Positions 7,754-13,269 of a stretch of DNA of 13,269 bases are shown one piece after another (position 1 is the stretch's first letter; the number at the start of each line of letters is the position of its first letter). A model generated the notes under the pieces. It was not told the DNA's origin, did no database searches, and worked only from the letters and a program-made list of their open reading frames with translations. The stretch lies in NCBI GenBank assembly GCA_964010765.1, contig CAXGMD010000084.1, positions 1 to 13,269 of the forward strand. Reading direction: 5' to 3'. A program made the translations under genes and the position numbers. Source of the stretch: an uncultured bacterium (GTDB lineage: Bacteria; SAR324; NAC60-12).

Positions 7754-8305
7754 ATGATTGAATCCAAGAATAGAGCCTGGAAAGTGCGTCTGCTCGGGTT
7801 GAGTATTTTGTTTGCTCCAATTGTTTCTAATGCTGAACTTCCTGTTGGTTCAACACCAAAAACCATCACTCTTCAAGGTGAATTGGGGAAATTAGTTGAT
7901 GGTGGTGGCCCTTGGAAAAGCGACCGTTTCAAAGGGTACGTTACGATCCTTTTTTATGTGGATCCAGATGAGAGTGATATGAACAACGCTGCCAGTGAGG
8001 CACTAAAGAATGCGGATCTGCCGTCTGACCAAGTTCGCTCTGTAGCGGTGATCAACATGGATGCCACGCTCCTCCCAAATTTTCTAATCCAGGGCAAGCT
8101 AGAGGACAAACAGAAGGAATATCAAAACACCCTCTACGTGATGGACTACAAGAAAGTCTTGGTGAATGAGTGGGGTCTAGGCGACCACAACAATGACATT
8201 GTGATTTTTGACAAGCAGGGGAAGGTGCTCTTCAGCGTGGATGGTCAGTTGAACGACTCACAGATCAAGCAAATGCTTGCGGCTGTGAAAAGCGGATTCA
8301 ATTGA
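7754..8305 (+). CDS. YtfJ-family periplasmic protein (thioredoxin-like fold, no CxxC)
   Basis: ATG at 7754 with GAGG RBS at 7743-7746, preferred over TTG at 7706. Signal peptide ending VSNA|E. Motifs G..W.S..FKG.V..LFY, AVINMD, V.D.K.....WGL, and IVIFDKQGKVLF..DG.L...QI fit the YtfJ family. Confidence 0.8.
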   Translation: MIESKNRAWKVRLLGLSILFAPIVSNAELPVGSTPKTITLQGELGKLVDGGGPWKSDRFKGYVTILFYVDPDESDMNNAASEALKNADLPSDQVRSVAVINMDATLLPNFLIQGKLEDKQKEYQNTLYVMDYKKVLVNEWGLGDHNNDIVIFDKQGKVLFSVDGQLNDSQIKQMLAAVKSGFN

Positions 8306-8321
8306 TTGGTAGCCTGATCAG

Positions 8322-10058
8322 TCATTTTTGAGGAAAATCCGGAGGAGGCACTTGAAAGGTAATGTCAGGATTTTTCACTTTCCACCTTTCACTGTTGCAG
8401 GTGGCCACACAGGCTTGCTGCATGATTCTGAGGATTTTCCAGTAGTATTTTGCGGCAGGGCTCTTCATTCTGACATAGAGAAAGTATTGAATCGATCCCG
8501 ACTGAATTGAACTCAATTCGACACTCAACTCTTCTAAAAATGGTTGTAGCCCATTTTGGTCGATGAACAGCCCAACTGATCGTTCAAACGCATTCGGCAC
8601 GAGATCCAAGCAGATCTCCTGGTGTTCAAGGCTGATTCCAAAATTTCCTACACAGGCAAAGGCACCCATCGAAAGATTTTTGATCCCCAAGTTTAGATAA
8701 TCACTGACCAAAAAAGTACGGATCATTTCTCTTGATTTGATCTGAACAAACTCTGGAGTTTGGATCACAACCTGGCCAAACGACCCATCAGGTAACAAGA
8801 TATAATCGTGTAAATTGGATGGAAACCAAGGTTCATCCTCAGCGATTGGCTGAGAGATCAGCTGAGACATTTCGCCGAGGGGCATACGCAACTCACCCCC
8901 TTCCAGAACCGGATTGACTAAATGAGAGTAGATGTTGATGGACTTCACAATCCAAGGCACCCCCTCATAGGTAACCATTTCTCCTTCTCTGACGGCTCCC
9001 AAGTTCAATAGGAGCTTTGCCTCCGCCAGAAATTGAGGCAGGTACTTCTTCAGTCCAATCGCGATCCCAGCCAGTATCAACAACGCTAAGCCCAAAAGCA
9101 GCCAGTCTCCTGTGACGTACAGAACGATGAGAAAGACGGCGGTTGAGGCCATCATCATTAGAATTCTGTAGGTGTAGAAGAGCACTCGCGAGTATTGACT
9201 CCTGGTCTGGAATTCATCAACACCCTCTTTCGGAACCATGAAGCGAAGGAAAGTTCGCATCCCGAACCAGACTGCCATGGTCGCAAGGACGGCCAACATC
9301 AGGTTGAGGCCCCGACCTGTCAAGAAAGCTCCAAAAGCCGACCAAACACTTGTCCAAATTGATTCCTGGCGAATCTGTAGATTTCTCAATTGCAGCTGGA
9401 ACAATTCCAGGTTTCGCTGTGCCTCTGCCTTACGCTTTCGCCAATCTTCCTGAATTGTTTGAATCTGCCCTCTTGTCGCCCGATCGACCTCGGCTTGTGA
9501 CCACTCTTCAATCTTAAGAATCGAGTTTTCAACTTCTGAAAGATTTTGCTGATAGAACTCTATGGTTTTCCGAATTCGCTCAATCGCTCTGGGCTGCTCC
9601 GTCAGATCCTTCAAGCTCTGAAAAATGGGCTGAATGATCTCAATCAGATCGCTTTGCCAGTCAAAGCTCTGATCCGGCACCTCCTTGAAATTTTCTAGGT
9701 CCAACCCTCCGGTGACAATTGACTCAAAAGCAACCTCTGCGTTTTTCAGAATCTTCTCAGACTCAGCGACTTGTCCTTCAAGGGCAATTTTTGTCAGTTG
9801 CGTTGGGTTTTGATCTAGCTTTGCCCTCAGATCCTTGAGTATCTTATGCTGCAAGCTGATGATTCCGGTAAATTCAATCAACTGTGTCTTCAGCTCCTGC
9901 TGACGCTGATCTGAATTTTGCTCTACACTTTGCTGGACCTCATTCAGAGTATCGGTCTGTTGTTTCTGTCCCAGACCTTCCGAGGCAAGAACGAAATAGA
10001 AAAGCGTCAAACAAGCGAGTTTGACGCTAAATAGCTTGGTGTGATTGAGAAAATGCAT
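8322..10058 (-). CDS. MscS-like mechanosensitive channel protein with a long N-terminal periplasmic coiled coil (578 aa)
   Basis: Signal-like N-terminus, about 200 aa of Q/E/K-rich heptad region, about 3 transmembrane segments, then MscS beta-domain-like motifs (LGAVREGEMV.YEG..W.VKSINIYS; DYILLPDGSFGQV..QTPEFVQI) and a C-terminal alpha/beta domain. Confidence 0.65.
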   Translation of the reverse strand: MHFLNHTKLFSVKLACLTLFYFVLASEGLGQKQQTDTLNEVQQSVEQNSDQRQQELKTQLIEFTGIISLQHKILKDLRAKLDQNPTQLTKIALEGQVAESEKILKNAEVAFESIVTGGLDLENFKEVPDQSFDWQSDLIEIIQPIFQSLKDLTEQPRAIERIRKTIEFYQQNLSEVENSILKIEEWSQAEVDRATRGQIQTIQEDWRKRKAEAQRNLELFQLQLRNLQIRQESIWTSVWSAFGAFLTGRGLNLMLAVLATMAVWFGMRTFLRFMVPKEGVDEFQTRSQYSRVLFYTYRILMMMASTAVFLIVLYVTGDWLLLGLALLILAGIAIGLKKYLPQFLAEAKLLLNLGAVREGEMVTYEGVPWIVKSINIYSHLVNPVLEGGELRMPLGEMSQLISQPIAEDEPWFPSNLHDYILLPDGSFGQVVIQTPEFVQIKSREMIRTFLVSDYLNLGIKNLSMGAFACVGNFGISLEHQEICLDLVPNAFERSVGLFIDQNGLQPFLEELSVELSSIQSGSIQYFLYVRMKSPAAKYYWKILRIMQQACVATCNSERWKVKNPDITFQVPPPDFPQK

Positions 10059-10204
10059 TTCAGACTTTTAATGAGCTATCGTTTCAAGACTCAAATGGGA
10101 AAAGAGTAATTAGATACTATCCAAAACCCAAAGAATTCATATTTCATTTTTTCGAAAAAAATTCAGAAATACGAATCAACGAGAGTAGTAGTTGGTATTG
10201 ACTT

Positions 10205-10243
10205 AAAGAGAGGACAGGCCAAATGCCCAATGGAATTGACCTG
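10205..10243 (-). terminator. Possible intrinsic terminator downstream of the lactonase gene
   Basis: On the minus strand, CAGGUCAA (10243-10236) pairs with UUGGCCUG (10222-10215) as 8 bp with one G-U, followed by UCCUCUCUUU. It begins about 30 nt after the stop at 10273. The U-tract is imperfect. Confidence 0.4.
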
Positions 10244-10272
10244 CTTGGGGAGTGAGGAAATTTTTAGTCTGT

Positions 10273-11139
10273 TTAAAGCCTGTACATTGCTTCGACTTGT
10301 CCGCGGAAGGAAGTAGAAGCCTTGAAGACCTTGCCTCCGTCGGGTTGATTTGCTCTAGCTGCGGAGTCTAGGTGTTCCAATGCCGTGGTTGCTCTCAACT
10401 CAGAGCCGTCTTTACCACCAAAGACAGGGCAACTGACATTGCTGGCTGTTAGCGAAAATTCTGTTAAGGAGCTACCATCCGGTCTAAATCCCACAACTTT
10501 GTAGGCTCCCCAGAGAGCAATCCAAAAATTCCTGTCAGCGTCCACAACTGCGCCATCTGGTGCAATTCCTGGCTCGAATGTCAGGAAGACTTCCCGTTCG
10601 CCTTGTGGTAGTCCTGTTGCCGGATCCAATTTCACTCTCCAGACCGTACTCAATGCACTATCAGCGAAATAGCCGGTTGCTCCATCCTCGGTGAAACAGG
10701 TTGCATTGGGTATGGTAATGTTTGAATAGAGCAGTTGGAGCTTTCCTTGGGAGACATGATAAATAGAACCAGCCTCTTTCTCTGCATTGCGACCCATCGT
10801 TCCAAACCAAAAAGAGCCACTGGGGTGAACCCGGCTGTCATTGCTGCGTGTGACTGAGTTGTCTGCTTCCACAGCAAGATAGGGCTCCCAGCTTTTCGAA
10901 TCCATGTCGAGAATATGGAGTCCATCATCAACCGCAACCACTAAGCGTTTTTCATCAATTCGAGCTGCTGCGCTGGCATTACCAGGGCAATCAATCACGC
11001 GGACAGGTTGATCCTCAACCTGCTCATAAAGCTGCTTGCCAAGGATATCAAACCAACAGAAGCTCCCTCGCTCAGGGTGCCAGAAGATCCCTTCGCCAAG
11101 CTCACAGACTGGGACATTACAAACTTGCATCGAATCCAT
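10273..11139 (-). CDS. SMP-30/gluconolactonase/LRE family sugar lactonase (probable galactonolactonase by context)
   Basis: Motifs LGEG..W, W.DI, RSND.RVHPSG.FWFGTM, I.IPN..CF, YFADS, PDGAVVD, W.ALWG and CP.FGG. GGAG RBS upstream. Lies 4 nt downstream of dgoK. Confidence 0.93.
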   Translation of the reverse strand: MDSMQVCNVPVCELGEGIFWHPERGSFCWFDILGKQLYEQVEDQPVRVIDCPGNASAAARIDEKRLVVAVDDGLHILDMDSKSWEPYLAVEADNSVTRSNDSRVHPSGSFWFGTMGRNAEKEAGSIYHVSQGKLQLLYSNITIPNATCFTEDGATGYFADSALSTVWRVKLDPATGLPQGEREVFLTFEPGIAPDGAVVDADRNFWIALWGAYKVVGFRPDGSSLTEFSLTASNVSCPVFGGKDGSELRATTALEHLDSAARANQPDGGKVFKASTSFRGQVEAMYRL

Positions 11140-11143
11140 GGTT

Positions 11144-12067
11144 TTACTCCGTTTGAGGATACAAAAATTGCCAGGCAGCGGTAAGGCCTAGCCGAACCAA
11201 GTCATCTCCAGAGTGCAAATCTACCTCTCGACCAACCAAACTCAGCGCTCGAGCATATAACTTGGTCAATGAAGATCCTCCTACCAGTTGAATCTTCTCT
11301 GTTTTTTCAATGTTTTGGGTTGCCGATCGCAGTTCCTCACCAAGCAGCCGACCGCTTAAAAATGCCAAATTCGCAACCGGGTCTCGATCCAAAAGCAGCG
11401 AGCTAGCTCTCACACGAAAGAGCGAAGTCAGCAACGGAGTACTTTCCACGAAGCCTGTTGAAACACCTTTCGCAAAAGCAGGGTGTTCTGCGTCAACGTC
11501 TCCTGCTTCCAAATCATGCCGTAAAATACTGTGCTGACGCAGAATTGAGAAGAGTTCGCCCGTTAGATAGGTGTCAAATTGTTGAACCTGCCCCAAAGCT
11601 ACTTTCACCCACTTACAATGTGTCCCAGGCAAACATATCATTCCTGACCATTCAGCTGACCCTGCTCCCAATCCAAGCATTTGGGTCTCTTCTCCCCGCA
11701 TCACATCTGGCCTTGATTCTTCTTGGCAAGCCACCCCAGGCAACACATGCACCTTGCGCTGCAGATCTTTCGTTTGAACATCTACCGCACCAATTGCAAC
11801 ATCTTTCAGTGAGACCGGCAAGAACAAGTAGGGAGCTTCCTGCCAGCCCTGACGGCTCCCCACCATTCCACTCATCAGTACTGGGCTCTCTGTGGGCCAT
11901 CCATGGAGATGCTCCTTCAATGTAGGTTCGAATTCCTCACGTTTCAAACTCAGTAGACCACACGAGGCTTCACGTCCTTCAAGGGCTTTATCTCCATGCA
12001 TACGCCAAATTCTAAAGTGGGTCGTTCCCCAGTCTACTGCCACCCAATCCTGCTGATTTTCCATCAT
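11144..12067 (-). CDS. dgoK: 2-dehydro-3-deoxygalactonokinase
   Basis: Motifs VDWGTTHFRIW, SGMVGSRQGWQEAPY, DVMRGEETQ, CLPGTHCKWV, F.TYLTGELF..L..HSIL, LF.VRA and LSG.LLG.E are diagnostic of DgoK. Start is ATG 12067 or ATG 12064. Confidence 0.96.
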   Translation of the reverse strand: MMENQQDWVAVDWGTTHFRIWRMHGDKALEGREASCGLLSLKREEFEPTLKEHLHGWPTESPVLMSGMVGSRQGWQEAPYLFLPVSLKDVAIGAVDVQTKDLQRKVHVLPGVACQEESRPDVMRGEETQMLGLGAGSAEWSGMICLPGTHCKWVKVALGQVQQFDTYLTGELFSILRQHSILRHDLEAGDVDAEHPAFAKGVSTGFVESTPLLTSLFRVRASSLLLDRDPVANLAFLSGRLLGEELRSATQNIEKTEKIQLVGGSSLTKLYARALSLVGREVDLHSGDDLVRLGLTAAWQFLYPQTE

Positions 12068-12111
12068 ACTTTCTGAAAAAATGACCTATTAACGTTGTTG
12101 CTTCTGAGAAT

Positions 12112-12150
12112 TCTGTTTGACATACTCAAACAGAGTCGTACCTTTGTCAA
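12112..12150. promoter_or_regulatory. Candidate sigma70 promoter for the dehydratase overlapped by a perfect 9-bp inverted repeat (operator)
   Basis: TTGACA at 12117-12122, 16-nt spacer, TACCTT at 12139-12144 on the + strand. Inverted repeat TCTGTTTGA-catac-TCAAACAGA at 12112-12134. A second TTGACA lies on the minus strand at 12150-12145. Confidence 0.6.
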
Positions 12151-12277
12151 CGATCCAACAGCGAGAAGGCTGGAACTCCAAGAATGTGGCGTCTTCATCC
12201 TTCGAGCAGCCTGCAGAAGCAAGTTGAAAAGTTGCCACCTGCGTTCATCCGCCACTGAGTATCCATATTGAGGAGAC

Positions 12278-13269
12278 ATGAGTCAGTCTAAATCCAATAC
12301 ACGCTTTCGATCACAGGAATGGTTCGATAATCCAGCAAACCCGGACATGACCGCTCTTTACTTGGAGCGCTATCTGAATTTTGGTCTGACTCGCGAAGAA
12401 CTACAGTCTGGGAAACCTGTGATTGGCATCGCCCAAACTGGCTCAGACCTCTCTCCGTGCAACCGGCCACACATCGAACTAGCCAAGCGAGTGCGGGAAG
12501 GAATTCGCGAAGCAGGGGGAATTGCGATTGAGTTTCCGGTTCACCCAATTCAGGAGACCGGCAAGCGACCTACCGCTTCTTTAGATCGCAATCTCGCCTA
12601 CCTGAGCCTTGTCGAAGTTCTGTATGGCTACCCGATCGATGGTGTGGTGCTGACAATCGGCTGTGATAAAACCACCCCTGCAGCGCTGATGGCAGCTGCA
12701 ACGGTAAATATTCCTGCCATTACCCTATCAGGTGGACCGATGCTCAATGGTTGGTTCCGAGGAGAGCGAACCGGCTCCGGCACCATCGTCTGGAGAGCAC
12801 GAGAAATGATGGCTCGTGGTGAAATTGACTATCCCGGATTTGTTGATTTAGTGGCCTCCTCAGCTCCCTCCCCAGGCTATTGCAACACAATGGGGACAGC
12901 AACAACAATGAACTCCCTCGCTGAAGCATTGGGAATGTCTTTACCAGGGAGCGCTGCGATTCCAGCCCCTTACCGCGAGAGAGCGCAAGCCGCCTATCTC
13001 ACTGGCAAGCGCATCGTGGATATGGTCAAAGAAGATTTGAAGCCTTCTGATATTTTGACTCGTAAGGCCTTCGAGAATGCAATCGTGATCAACTCTGCGA
13101 TTGGTGGTTCAACCAATGCTCCGATTCACCTCAATGCGGTTGCCCGTCATATTGGAGTGGAATTGGAGGTCGATGATTGGGAAAAGCATGGTCACAACAT
13201 TCCTCTTTTGGTGAATCTACAACCAGCCGGGGACTACCTAGGCGAGGATTACCACCATGCAGGAGGAGT
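12278..13269 (+). CDS. IlvD/Edd-family sugar-acid dehydratase (XylD/galactonate dehydratase-like), 3' truncated by the window edge
   Basis: Absent from the ORF track because there is no stop in the window. Manual translation: [62 protein letters not shown]...GCDKTTPA...LSGGPM...[18 protein letters not shown]...[11 protein letters not shown]. It carries the three [2Fe-2S] Cys motifs (PCN, CDKT, CNTMGTA). GAGGAG RBS at 12270-12275. Confidence 0.95.
   Translation, partial: MSQSKSNTRFRSQEWFDNPANPDMTALYLERYLNFGLTREELQSGKPVIGIAQTGSDLSPCNRPHIELAKRVREGIREAGGIAIEFPVHPIQETGKRPTASLDRNLAYLSLVEVLYGYPIDGVVLTIGCDKTTPAALMAAATVNIPAITLSGGPMLNGWFRGERTGSGTIVWRAREMMARGEIDYPGFVDLVASSAPSPGYCNTMGTATTMNSLAEALGMSLPGSAAIPAPYRERAQAAYLTGKRIVDMVKEDLKPSDILTRKAFENAIVINSAIGGSTNAPIHLNAVARHIGVELEVDDWEKHGHNIPLLVNLQPAGDYLGEDYHHAGG

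Noticed and set aside
10147..10160. Palindrome TTTTTTCGAAAAAA upstream of the MscS-like gene
   Set aside because: Low-complexity homopolymer dyad, easily produced by chance in an AT-rich spacer.
25..11925. Remaining short ORFs nested in or antisense to larger genes (e.g. 25-279, 489-680, 1919-2370, 4877-5212, 5606-5913, 6143-6560, 9238-9453, 11310-11925)
   Set aside because: They overlap well-supported CDS almost entirely and show no protein motifs, consistent with chance open frames.
12064..12929. Minus-strand ORFs 12064-12279, 12288-12548 and 12744-12929
   Set aside because: The last two are antisense shadows of the + strand dehydratase. The first spans the divergent promoter region and has no recognisable homology or RBS.

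Overview
Bacterial chromosomal window with 13 supportable CDS. I found no RNA genes, CRISPR array or clear mobile-element boundaries. From left to right: (1) the 3' end of folE; (2) a tightly coupled minus-strand run of four genes, in transcription order a strongly divergent, enlarged ATP-phosphoribosyltransferase (HisG)-like protein, a secreted protein with two CsgG/TolB-N-like repeats fused to a non-catalytic FGE-sulfatase domain, a small outer-membrane beta-barrel, and a catalytic-domain-only tyrosine recombinase with an altered HxxR motif; (3) a secreted hypothetical protein and lgt; (4) a POTRA-less Omp85/BamA-TamA-family barrel divergent from a YtfJ-family gene across an AT-rich spacer; (5) a large MscS-like channel; (6) a partial De Ley-Doudoroff sugar-acid module (SMP-30 lactonase, dgoK, and a divergent IlvD/Edd-family dehydratase that the ORF track missed and that runs off the right edge). 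The best candidate for something undescribed is the HisG-like/CsgG-FGE/barrel/recombinase run at 335-4317. All family calls come from motif recognition by eye; no database searches were run.
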